25,612 bases of DNA from a virus (Duplodnaviria > Caudoviricetes), in the IMG/VR virus record IMGVR_UViG_3300033067_000927, positions 1 through 25,612 of that record, one strand, 5' to 3'. Below the pieces are notes generated by a model that was not told where the DNA came from, ran no database searches, and saw only the letters and a list, made by a program, of their open reading frames with translations. Below are positions 1 through 7,108 of this stretch, one piece after another; the stretch's first letter is position 1, and each line of letters starts with the position of its first letter. The position numbers and the translations under genes were made by a program.

Positions 1-1
1 A

Positions 2-136
2 AGCAGTAATTTTATGAATCCTGCTTATGCAGACGGTCCAACGGATTCGCATCCAAATGAAAATGCATCAAGTTATGTCGCACCAATTTACATACAGGAA
101 GTATTTGACCACGCAAGAGCATATAGGATACCATAG
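2..136 (+). CDS. 3' end of a gene entering from the left (partial); possible SGNH/GDSL-like hydrolase C-terminus
   Basis: Open frame 2 reads SSNFMNPAYADGPTDSHPNENASSYVAPIYIQEVFDHARAYRIP* with TAG at 134-136. DSHPN followed by a helix resembles the terminal catalytic Asp/His block of SGNH hydrolases; weak, fragment only. Confidence 0.55.
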   Translation, partial: SSNFMNPAYADGPTDSHPNENASSYVAPIYIQEVFDHARAYRIP

Positions 137-173
137 TAGATAAAATAATAATAAAAAAAACAAAAGGAAACAA

Positions 174-468
174 ATGAAAAAAAATAATTTTAGTTCTATT
201 CGTATTAGGTTTTATAGTGGCTTGTAATGCACATCCAAGAAGTGAATATGAAGCATATTCAAATATTGTTACAGGAACTGCAACATACCACCACTTCTTA
301 GAAAAGAAAAGTGCTTCACCTTATAAGTTAGTTCAAGGTATGGATTATCTTGATAGGAATGGAAATGGAATACCTGAAAATTATGGAACTGAGTATTTTT
401 ATCATTATGAATATTTGCAGAATGCAGAAATACCAATACCACGTTTAAAACATATAGGTATACAATGA
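174..468 (+). pseudogene. Putative lipoprotein gene interrupted by one extra A in an A8 run (or a sequencing error / phase-variable allele)
   Basis: RBS AAGGA at 164-168 and ATG at 174, followed by A8 (177-184). With A7 the frame reads MKKIILVLFVLGFIVAC-NAHPRSEY..., a lipoprotein signal peptide with lipobox IVAC joined to the 217..468 ORF (97 aa). The product contains DRNGNGIPE, a Dx[DN]x[DN]G Ca-binding-like loop. Confidence 0.7.
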
Positions 469-566
469 TAGAAATATTAATCTCAATCGTTTTAATTATA
501 ATTTTTTCAATACCAACATATGTTAATTTGAGTAAAAAATATAATAATAAGATTAGGCTAAAATAA
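465..566 (+). CDS. Small single-TM membrane peptide (33 aa), not in the ORF track
   Basis: ATGA overlap with the upstream stop. Reads MIEILISIVLIIIFSIPTYVNLSKKYNNKIRLK*, a hydrophobic N-half with a basic tail. One nucleotide separates its stop from the next ATG (568). Confidence 0.6.
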   Translation: MIEILISIVLIIIFSIPTYVNLSKKYNNKIRLK

Positions 567-567
567 A

Positions 568-843
568 ATGATTAAAATATTATGGAAATTAAATAACTTG
601 ATTTGGAGATTGATTTATCTCAAATTCCAAACGCTATTCATCAAAAGAAAGGTAAATAAAATGGGACCAGTTTTAGATAAAGTGCAAGAGTTAGCTAATG
701 CTTTAGATGTGGCAACTACAGAAGTTGCTAATGATTTACAAGCATTAAAAGACCAATTGGCTCAAGCAGGAACTCCTCAAGAAGTTGAAGCAATACTTCA
801 ACCAATTGTAGACAAATTAACTGCTTTAGGAAACGCACAGTAA
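568..843 (+). CDS. Small coiled-coil phage protein; second in-frame start at 661
   Basis: Amphipathic, basic N-terminal 31 aa, then MGPVLDKVQELANALD... helical region. ATG 661 has its own SD-like GAAAGGT. Confidence 0.7.
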   Translation: MIKILWKLNNLIWRLIYLKFQTLFIKRKVNKMGPVLDKVQELANALDVATTEVANDLQALKDQLAQAGTPQEVEAILQPIVDKLTALGNAQ

Positions 844-854
844 ATAATAATTAA

Positions 855-872
855 TGCCCTCGAAAGAGGGCA
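855..872 (+). terminator. GC-rich hairpin TGCCCTC-GAAA-GAGGGCA (weak terminator or mRNA-stabilising stem)
   Basis: Perfect 7-bp stem with a GNRA loop just after the stop at 843. There is no U-tract on the + strand, so terminator function is uncertain. Confidence 0.5.
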
Positions 873-889
873 CTAACTAAAGGGAAAAC

Positions 890-1315
890 ATGAAAAAAAT
901 TTTATTTTTTATTTTACTATTCAGTAATTTAATATTTAGTCAGGAAAATGCTACTATAGCCAAATTACAACAGATGTCCAATATCATTGATAGCTTAATC
1001 AGTGTAAATCTAAATAATAAAGTAGATTCTGCTACGGTAAAAAATTTAATAAGAGAATACCTTAATGAAATTTCTTCCGAAACATCTAACTTTACATTAC
1101 AGCAAATTGACGAAGCTATTTTCAATATTAGAAATTTAATAAATATGGGATATGAAACTTCCATATATAAACTTACAGATATAGATAAATCTGTTACAGA
1201 CGTAAAAAATAAAATTTGGTTTAATATGAAATCACTACCATCAGATTCGACAGGATTACAGTCAGGAGATTTATATTTTAACAATAAAACAGGAGCAATT
1301 AAAAGAAAATTTTAA
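890..1315 (+). CDS. Secreted/periplasmic hypothetical protein with Sec signal peptide
   Basis: MKKILFFILLFSNLIFS|QENAT signal peptide and RBS AAGGGA. The C-terminal LPSDSTGLQSGDLYF resembles a short motif often seen in phage fibre/structural proteins. Confidence 0.75.
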   Translation: MKKILFFILLFSNLIFSQENATIAKLQQMSNIIDSLISVNLNNKVDSATVKNLIREYLNEISSETSNFTLQQIDEAIFNIRNLINMGYETSIYKLTDIDKSVTDVKNKIWFNMKSLPSDSTGLQSGDLYFNNKTGAIKRKF

Positions 1316-1348
1316 ATTGCTACAAGCATATTAAACCTATCAAAATTA

Positions 1349-1510
1349 CTATTTAGCAATTACATTAACTTGTACTTGTGTAACTTCCAAAGTCTGAGGA
1401 TTATCTGAATTTGGGTCAGTATTTAACTTTGTTTTCACTAGTTCCTTTAAGTCTCTAATTGACCAATTTGTTTCTGCCTCAACCTGAATGACCACTTTAC
1501 GCACTTTCAT
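1349..1510 (-). CDS. Small hypothetical protein (53 aa), not in the ORF track
   Basis: RBS AGAAAGGA upstream. Reads MKVRKVVIQVEAETNWSIRDLKELVKTKLNTDPNSDNPQTLEVTQVQVNVIAK*; last gene of the minus-strand block. Confidence 0.75.
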   Translation of the reverse strand: MKVRKVVIQVEAETNWSIRDLKELVKTKLNTDPNSDNPQTLEVTQVQVNVIAK

Positions 1511-1562
1511 AACTTAGTTCCTTTCTTATTTATTTGTATTTTAATATTATTAATTAATGCCT

Positions 1563-1901
1563 TTATTTCAATAAATTTGCAAAAAACTCACTTCTTAAAG
1601 ATTCGTAACTTCTCTTTGGTGGTTTTTCCCATTGTTTAAATTCTCGTTCTATTTTTATATGTTTTAATATATTTCTCAAAGTAGACCTTTTAACTGGGAA
1701 GTTATTCTCTTTAAGTATATCGAACTCTATTCCAGAACCAGAAATGTTTATTAAAATATTAAGTATAATACTTCCGAATTTAATTTGATAATATCCTGAT
1801 GTTCTAGTTCGTTTTAGAACTGATTTTTCTTTCCAATAAGGAGAATTTGAAAACTCAGACACTATTTCTTTTTTTAATAAATCCATATTATTCAAATCCA
1901 T
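1563..1901 (-). CDS. Hypothetical protein
   Basis: 112 aa ORF overlapping the upstream gene by 14 nt in a tightly packed operon. Confidence 0.7.
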   Translation of the reverse strand: MDLNNMDLLKKEIVSEFSNSPYWKEKSVLKRTRTSGYYQIKFGSIILNILINISGSGIEFDILKENNFPVKRSTLRNILKHIKIEREFKQWEKPPKRSYESLRSEFFANLLK

Positions 1902-2229
1902 CTTTTAAGTCCTCTAAAATTTTAGTTAATGCAGATATTCTGTTTTGTTGTATTCGTTTAATATCTTTTCTTTTAGATGTTTCAATATTAGAAAGTCTTT
2001 GCAATTTAATACCTTCAACAACTACCTTAGCTTTAGATTTTTTAATTGTTGAGAAGGTGTGAACATCATCCACAGATAAACCTAAAGTTTCTAATAGTTT
2101 TTGGTTATCATCATAACATAATAATAATTCTAAAATCCAATCAGTATTTTTAGTATCTTTAAATGCTTGCACTAATATTTGCAATAACCCTTCTTCATTT
2201 ACCTTATATGTGAGTGTGTGTTGTTCCAT
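1888..2229 (-). CDS. Hypothetical helical protein
   Basis: 113 aa ORF; its ATG overlaps the thyX stop (TAATG coupling). Confidence 0.75.
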   Translation of the reverse strand: MEQHTLTYKVNEEGLLQILVQAFKDTKNTDWILELLLCYDDNQKLLETLGLSVDDVHTFSTIKKSKAKVVVEGIKLQRLSNIETSKRKDIKRIQQNRISALTKILEDLKDGFE

Positions 2230-2933
2230 TACCCTGCTATTTTTTGTCCTTCATATTCCCACCAAGCATCAAATGAAATGGGAACAACATCCTTTATCAT
2301 ATCTGCAATGGCGTAAGCATAAACTCGTATTTCTTCTTGTGCGTGAGGATTCATTCTTAATCCTAAGAAATGAAATAAGTTTCTTAAATTAACTGTACCG
2401 TAATACATAGTGTACATATTTTGTGGTAAAATCATACGAGCTTGTTCTCTAGATATGTTATTACTAAGCATATCTTCATATAGTGCTAAAGATTTTTCTA
2501 CGTGCTCCTTAACTTTGGCGTTCCAATATGGACTATTAATTTCATCAGAGTCTACGGAAGATTGTTTATTTTTAGTATCCTGAACTCTCCATTTTTCGGG
2601 ATAGAAAAATTCATCTATGTTTTCCGATGTATATCTTCTAGATACTTCATTATATGAAAAAGTTCTATGCCGATGCCATTGAGATCGTACAAATAATGGG
2701 CATTTAATTCTAAATGTCATAGTAACACATTCGAATGGTGAAGTGTGTCTATTTTTCATTAAGTAATGAATTAGCTTTCTATCTCCTTCTTCTCCCTTAC
2801 TACCCGAATTATAATGACTGACTCTTGCAGAAGATACTACACTAACATCATTACCCATAACATCTAGTAGTTCCACAAATCCAAGACCGTCTTTAAATAC
2901 TTCTGTTCGATGAATATATCCTTTTTGCTCCAT
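2229..2933 (-). CDS. thyX: FAD-dependent thymidylate synthase ThyX
   Basis: ThyX signature RHR-X7-S (RHRTFSYNEVS-RRY), SARVS, HTSPFE, SREQARMILP and HAQEEIR. AGGAG at 2939-2943 favours the ATG at 2933 over the GTG at 2939. Confidence 0.96.
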   Translation of the reverse strand: MEQKGYIHRTEVFKDGLGFVELLDVMGNDVSVVSSARVSHYNSGSKGEEGDRKLIHYLMKNRHTSPFECVTMTFRIKCPLFVRSQWHRHRTFSYNEVSRRYTSENIDEFFYPEKWRVQDTKNKQSSVDSDEINSPYWNAKVKEHVEKSLALYEDMLSNNISREQARMILPQNMYTMYYGTVNLRNLFHFLGLRMNPHAQEEIRVYAYAIADMIKDVVPISFDAWWEYEGQKIAG

Positions 2934-2941
2934 ACTCACTC

Positions 2942-3409
2942 CTATGCTAATTTAAATTGTGATAAAAATTGTCTCAACCAATAATCTTTTTTTCCTATAA
3001 TTTTTTCTATATATTCTAATTCACTATATACTCCCAGTTGATCTTGCACATCATCACTAACTATTGTTTCCCAATCAGGATACATTTCTTTATCCCACAC
3101 CTTTTCGGGAACTAAAAATGCTATTGATGAAAGAGAATCGTTCAAATCTGGCTCTCTAAAAACTGCAACATTCATCTCATTTTGTAATAATTCAATTAAA
3201 TGTAATTCCATAGTTCCAAAATTATCCCTATTTTGGTTAGATGTTCCACCATTAAGTATTATAACGGTTTTATCATTATTTATCCACTGTTTAAATTCTT
3301 CATCTTTCCAGTAAGCAAGGGCATATTCCATTCCTGCATGATAAGATTGTATTGCTTGTTGTATGGGACTAATATTGTACATTACTAAATGATACATTCT
3401 ATACTTCAT
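2942..3409 (-). CDS. Peptidyl-tRNA hydrolase type 2 (PTH2)-fold phage protein
   Basis: The pattern Y.LV...SPIQQAIQSYHA ... W...KTVIILNG ... VFREPDLNDSLSSIAF matches the PTH2-like layout (QxxHA, W..KxVv, EPD..T/S-AI). Confidence 0.6.
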   Translation of the reverse strand: MKYRMYHLVMYNISPIQQAIQSYHAGMEYALAYWKDEEFKQWINNDKTVIILNGGTSNQNRDNFGTMELHLIELLQNEMNVAVFREPDLNDSLSSIAFLVPEKVWDKEMYPDWETIVSDDVQDQLGVYSELEYIEKIIGKKDYWLRQFLSQFKLA

Positions 3410-3618
3410 ATCGTTTTACCTTTTTCCATTTCTTTTATAAATTTAATTATATCTCCCTGAACTGTAGAAGAACATAATCTCTTTTCATATTCAAGATTTG
3501 ATATTTTTTCTCTATACCAACTAAACTGAAAATTACTTCTATCCCACCCATCTGGGTTCAACACTTTTATTTGTGGGTAAATTTTCTGCCACTCTTCCGA
3601 TGTTTTTAATTCAATCAC
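3406..3618 (-). CDS. Small phage hypothetical protein (NPDGWDR motif)
   Basis: 70 aa ORF with 4-nt overlaps with both neighbours. Confidence 0.75.
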   Translation of the reverse strand: MIELKTSEEWQKIYPQIKVLNPDGWDRSNFQFSWYREKISNLEYEKRLCSSTVQGDIIKFIKEMEKGKTI

Positions 3619-4046
3619 TCGTTCCTTTTAGTTTTCATATAATTTTCTATAACATTTGTTTTAGTTATCAATTCATCAGTTTGATAATTATATATTATTG
3701 TACTTACTCCCAATTCTTTTGCAATATTTATTGAATGTTGAGTACCTTTAGATTTACCATCCCAAAATGCAAGAAGAACATCACAATTTTCAACAATTAA
3801 TTTGTTTCTTCTAAATCCAGCACTTTTACCATATGTGTTCCAATCAGGTAGAAATAATTTAATTGGTATATCATTTTCTTTTGCAAACCTATCACCCAAC
3901 GAATCTGCACCCTTAGCTCCACCACTAACTATTTCTGCAATCTTTAACACATCATTCCTATAAAATATATTAGATATTATTACTTTAAGAACATTATAAT
4001 TAGTAAAATCTCTACTACCGACTATTGCTAATCTAATTTCCTTCAT
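3615..4046 (-). CDS. SLOG-superfamily (YspA-like / DUF2493) nucleotide-binding protein
   Basis: LAIVGSR, IVSGGAKGAD, GKSAGFRRN and LAFWDGKSKGT are the characteristic SLOG motifs. Confidence 0.88.
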   Translation of the reverse strand: MKEIRLAIVGSRDFTNYNVLKVIISNIFYRNDVLKIAEIVSGGAKGADSLGDRFAKENDIPIKLFLPDWNTYGKSAGFRRNKLIVENCDVLLAFWDGKSKGTQHSINIAKELGVSTIIYNYQTDELITKTNVIENYMKTKRNE

Positions 4047-4292
4047 TTAGATGTCTTCCTTAGACACATCATCTACGATCTCTATATTTTTCACACTACT
4101 GATATTTCCTATACGATAAGAATCTCTAGTAGCGTGTCTTTTGTATAATGGAAAATTAAACCAATCATTTTGCAGTTCCTGTTCAGTATAACCATTTATA
4201 TCTGTTATTTTTTCATCTTTGGCATGTTCACTATGATATGGAATTTCATAATATATAACAGTAGTTACTTTAAAATATTTTTTTTGTTTCAT
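4047..4292 (-). CDS. Hypothetical protein
   Basis: 81 aa ORF abutting both neighbours, with AAGGA upstream. Confidence 0.7.
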   Translation of the reverse strand: MKQKKYFKVTTVIYYEIPYHSEHAKDEKITDINGYTEQELQNDWFNFPLYKRHATRDSYRIGNISSVKNIEIVDDVSKEDI

Positions 4293-4294
4293 AA

Positions 4295-4747
4295 CTATCC
4301 TTTAAGTTTCTTGTCTACTCGTTTTTTAGTTTTCTTATCCAACTCGTAAAATATCTTTCCTTCATATTGGAGTTTTAATGCTTTCTTAGTTTTAGCATAT
4401 GTTGACATATCTTTTTTACACAATTCATCTAAGGGAAATGTTCTCAACATATCAAACTTAGACTTTCTAAGTTTAGCCATATCACCATCAAACCCTAAAA
4501 AGGTATATTCAAATTTGGTAGATATTTTAGATTTACCAACTAAATCCTGAGCCCTGTAAACAGTATCACCAATAGACATAGTTAACTCATTTACCATTGC
4601 TTCTTTAGGTAAATCTTGCCAAATATAATATGAGAATCCGTCTTTTGTTTTAGATAGTATGTTAGGAATAAATTCCTTAACATCCCAATGAAATATGCTC
4701 ATAACTTTTTCTTTAGGTTTACTTTCTTTTTTTAGTTTTCTTTTCAT
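4295..4747 (-). CDS. Hypothetical basic protein
   Basis: 150 aa Lys-rich ORF. The true start could be the internal Met (MSIFHW). Confidence 0.7.
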   Translation of the reverse strand: MKRKLKKESKPKEKVMSIFHWDVKEFIPNILSKTKDGFSYYIWQDLPKEAMVNELTMSIGDTVYRAQDLVGKSKISTKFEYTFLGFDGDMAKLRKSKFDMLRTFPLDELCKKDMSTYAKTKKALKLQYEGKIFYELDKKTKKRVDKKLKG

Positions 4748-5324
4748 TAATTATTTCTATCATTTTATTTTCTAATATTTTTACTTTTGCTTTGGATACT
4801 TTTCCTTCAAATTCTATTATGCCATGATAACCACTATGTATTTTTGTGCAGAATAATTTGTATGTTGTTGGTGAATATCCTCTAGGACTTCCGAGACCTG
4901 ACCAGTACGATTTTCCCTTTTCTTTTACAATATAAAAATCTTTACTCTCTTCAAATCCCCACCACACAATAGATAAACTTCCATCACCCTGAGATGTTGT
5001 TCCACTATAAGATGATTTAAAATGTTTTGCTATATCTTCAGGAATACCGTTTTCAATATCATTATAATATTGGGTGATTTTCATAGTATTATCATATAAT
5101 TTTTTACTTAATTCATTTACTTTGGTGGTGATTTTAAGTTTATCAACCAATTTAGATTTTTTATTTTGCAAAGATATAATTTGTCGTTCCAATGCCATTA
5201 TATCAGGATTGTTGGTAATATTTTTTCTAATATTGGCGGTTTCTTCCTTTAACTGTAATTGAAGTGATACATTTTCAGACTTCAATTTAGTTATATCTGC
5301 ATTTTTGGTTAAGTTTATTTTCAT
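4719..5324 (-). CDS. Hypothetical protein with N-terminal coiled coil
   Basis: 201 aa; heptad-like N-half and beta-rich C-half; directly downstream of a sigma70-like promoter. Confidence 0.75.
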   Translation of the reverse strand: MKINLTKNADITKLKSENVSLQLQLKEETANIRKNITNNPDIMALERQIISLQNKKSKLVDKLKITTKVNELSKKLYDNTMKITQYYNDIENGIPEDIAKHFKSSYSGTTSQGDGSLSIVWWGFEESKDFYIVKEKGKSYWSGLGSPRGYSPTTYKLFCTKIHSGYHGIIEFEGKVSKAKVKILENKMIEIINEKKTKKRK

Positions 5325-5338
5325 AATTTTTTATTTAC

Positions 5339-5367
5339 AATATAATAAATAATTGGCTAATTGTCAA
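5339..5367 (-). promoter_or_regulatory. sigma70-like early promoter
   Basis: TTGACA (5367-5362), 17 nt spacer, TATATT (5344-5339); about 15 nt upstream of ATG 5324. Confidence 0.8.
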
Positions 5368-5818
5368 TAGGTGAGGATTTAGATTTTGGTTTGTATATCT
5401 TTTTCTTTTCAGCACATACGGTCATATGTGCTCTAATTTGTTGACGTTCTAACATATTTTGCATATGTTTAATTTCGTGTGTTGGAAATATAAATAGTGT
5501 ATTACAATATTTGCATGTCCAAGTTTTAACTACATCATTAGATTCTGTAAAATGAGACAACGATAATATAGTATTCGATAATTTAACTTCATTAGATTGT
5601 CCTTCCCTAAAGGAAATAAAATGAACCACCTTTAAATGTGTTATTAAATTAGAACTACTTCTAGCTGATGTAGTAGTAGTTCTAAAATTACAAAAATTAC
5701 ATTTGTGGTGTTTAACTGCTTTATGCTCGAAAGGTATAACAAGTATATCTTTACCAACTTTAATTTTCATTGGTGCGGATTCTAATCGAGCTTTATGCCA
5801 ACCCATAGGTTTTATCAT
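5357..5818 (-). CDS. Two-zinc-finger protein (C2H2/BED-like plus C2HC)
   Basis: HKCNFC-x14-SNLITHLKVVH and WTCKYC-...-IRAHMTVC; basic, probably nucleic-acid binding. Confidence 0.65.
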   Translation of the reverse strand: MIKPMGWHKARLESAPMKIKVGKDILVIPFEHKAVKHHKCNFCNFRTTTTSARSSSNLITHLKVVHFISFREGQSNEVKLSNTILSLSHFTESNDVVKTWTCKYCNTLFIFPTHEIKHMQNMLERQQIRAHMTVCAEKKKIYKPKSKSSPIDN

Positions 5819-6432
5819 ACTATAACGTCTATAATTCCTAATTCTTTACATTTTTTAGCATCCATATAAGTATCTACAGATGTTATTTTTTCCCACTCTT
5901 GTTTATCTTTAACAAGACTATTTTCCATATAAAACTGCATTATAATCTCAGTTAGACTATCCAAATATCCTAATTTACTTTTTGTGTCGTTTTTCTTTTC
6001 TGGTCCAAATGCCCAAGAAGATACTTGATGAAACATCATATGAGCATATCTGTTCATATATTTAATTCCTGTACCACTCATTGTTATAATAGTAGCCGCT
6101 GATGCTACCATTCCAGTTACTTGAGTGTCTACAATTATTCCGTCTCTCTCTTTTAATTTTTTCAAGTTATCTGCAAACAACAATGCACATTCAGGATTGC
6201 CACCATTACTATAAACATTTAATAATATAGGTTCAGGGGAAATTTCATGTAATAGTTCTATTGATCTGATCAACCAACTTATTTCTTCAGTATCTATTTC
6301 ATCAGTAAATCTAATTTCTCTTTTATCAACATTAATTTGTTTTAATATCGAATTATCTTTGTACATTTCTGTAAGCCAGATTTCCATTAGTTTATCTTTA
6401 CTTATTATTTTTTCCAACTTGTTTTTAGACAT
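5815..6432 (-). CDS. clpP: ClpP-family serine protease
   Basis: YSNGG, GMVASAA (catalytic Ser), MMFHQ (His), DTYMDA (Asp) and ELGIID. The start is placed at ATG 6432 (RBS AGAAAGGA) because the ORF-track start at 6483 lies inside the tRNA. Confidence 0.9.
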   Translation of the reverse strand: MSKNKLEKIISKDKLMEIWLTEMYKDNSILKQINVDKREIRFTDEIDTEEISWLIRSIELLHEISPEPILLNVYSNGGNPECALLFADNLKKLKERDGIIVDTQVTGMVASAATIITMSGTGIKYMNRYAHMMFHQVSSWAFGPEKKNDTKSKLGYLDSLTEIIMQFYMENSLVKDKQEWEKITSVDTYMDAKKCKELGIIDVIV

Positions 6433-6458
6433 AATGTTCCTTTCTAAGTTTATTTGAG

Positions 6459-6531
6459 GGTGAGTAATGAGATTCGAACTCATGTTTCACGGGTCACAGC
6501 CGAGTGTCCTAACCGCTGGACGATACCCACC
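6459..6531 (-). tRNA. tRNA-His (GUG) with encoded G-1; CCA not encoded
   Basis: G-GTGGGTA TC GTCC AGCGGTTA GGAC A CTCGG CTGTGAC CCGTG AAAC ATGAG TTCGAAT CTCAT TACTCAC C forms a full cloverleaf with anticodon GTG and the G-1:C73 His identity pair. Confidence 0.93.
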
Positions 6532-6552
6532 ATTTAATTATTTATATTTATA

Positions 6553-6581
6553 AATATACTAAAAATAAAATTAAAATTCAA
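6553..6581 (-). promoter_or_regulatory. sigma70-like promoter upstream of tRNA-His
   Basis: TTGAAT (6581-6576), 17 nt spacer, TATATT (6558-6553). The -10 lies in the 16-bp palindrome TATATTTATAAATATA (6543-6558). Confidence 0.65.
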
Positions 6582-6588
6582 CACATCA

Positions 6589-7095
6589 TTAATTACTAAA
6601 CTTATTGGTGGTTATCTCTTTAGCATAATCATTAACTATTGGATACCCTGTATTATAATATCCTGTAGCCTTTGACCAGCTCCCATAAGTGTCGTATTGT
6701 TCTCTAACATATGACATTCCTATTTCAGTATTTAATCTAATATCGTGAAGTAAGTCTTGCTTACTGATATTGTAATCCTGCGTAAACCATCTTGCAGTAG
6801 ATAATAATATCTGATATGTTCCCAAAGCATTACCACTAGAAATTTGTACAGGGGTATAACTATATTGAAGTGGTCCTCTGTACGTTGTTTCTTTTCTTGC
6901 CATACCAAATGATATGTATGTTGGCACATTATATTTTTTACTATACTCTAATGTTCTATAATATACTTGCAGACTTGGTGGAGATAACTCCACCACATCT
7001 ATTCCATTATACGGAATTGGATTTACTTCTTTCTGCACAAAGTATTTATAGAATATAAAAGAGCATAGTAATACTAAGATTACTATTCTTTTCAT
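6589..7095 (-). CDS. Lytic transglycosylase (SLT/GH23) with N-terminal signal/anchor
   Basis: ARKET (catalytic Glu), SSGNALGTYQI, NTEIGMSYV and GSWSKATGYYNTG; hydrophobic N-terminus MKRIVILVLLCSFIFY. Confidence 0.88.
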   Translation of the reverse strand: MKRIVILVLLCSFIFYKYFVQKEVNPIPYNGIDVVELSPPSLQVYYRTLEYSKKYNVPTYISFGMARKETTYRGPLQYSYTPVQISSGNALGTYQILLSTARWFTQDYNISKQDLLHDIRLNTEIGMSYVREQYDTYGSWSKATGYYNTGYPIVNDYAKEITTNKFSN

Positions 7096-7108
7096 ATTTT
7101 TCTTTCGA

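Noticed and set aside
5636-6480. Peptide SSNLITH occurs both in the zinc-finger protein and in the conceptual translation of the tRNA 3' half
   Set aside because: The codons differ at most synonymous positions and the tRNA region is probably untranslated; treated as coincidence, not an att site or duplication.
6433-6483. ORF-track N-terminal extension of ClpP (MSSNLITHPQ...)
   Set aside because: It starts inside the tRNA-His T-arm; the ATG at 6432 has a clear SD and is the better start.
6732-6929. Same-strand ORF nested in the transglycosylase gene as a possible Rz1-like embedded spanin
   Set aside because: No lipoprotein signal peptide or lipobox, and no clear SD.
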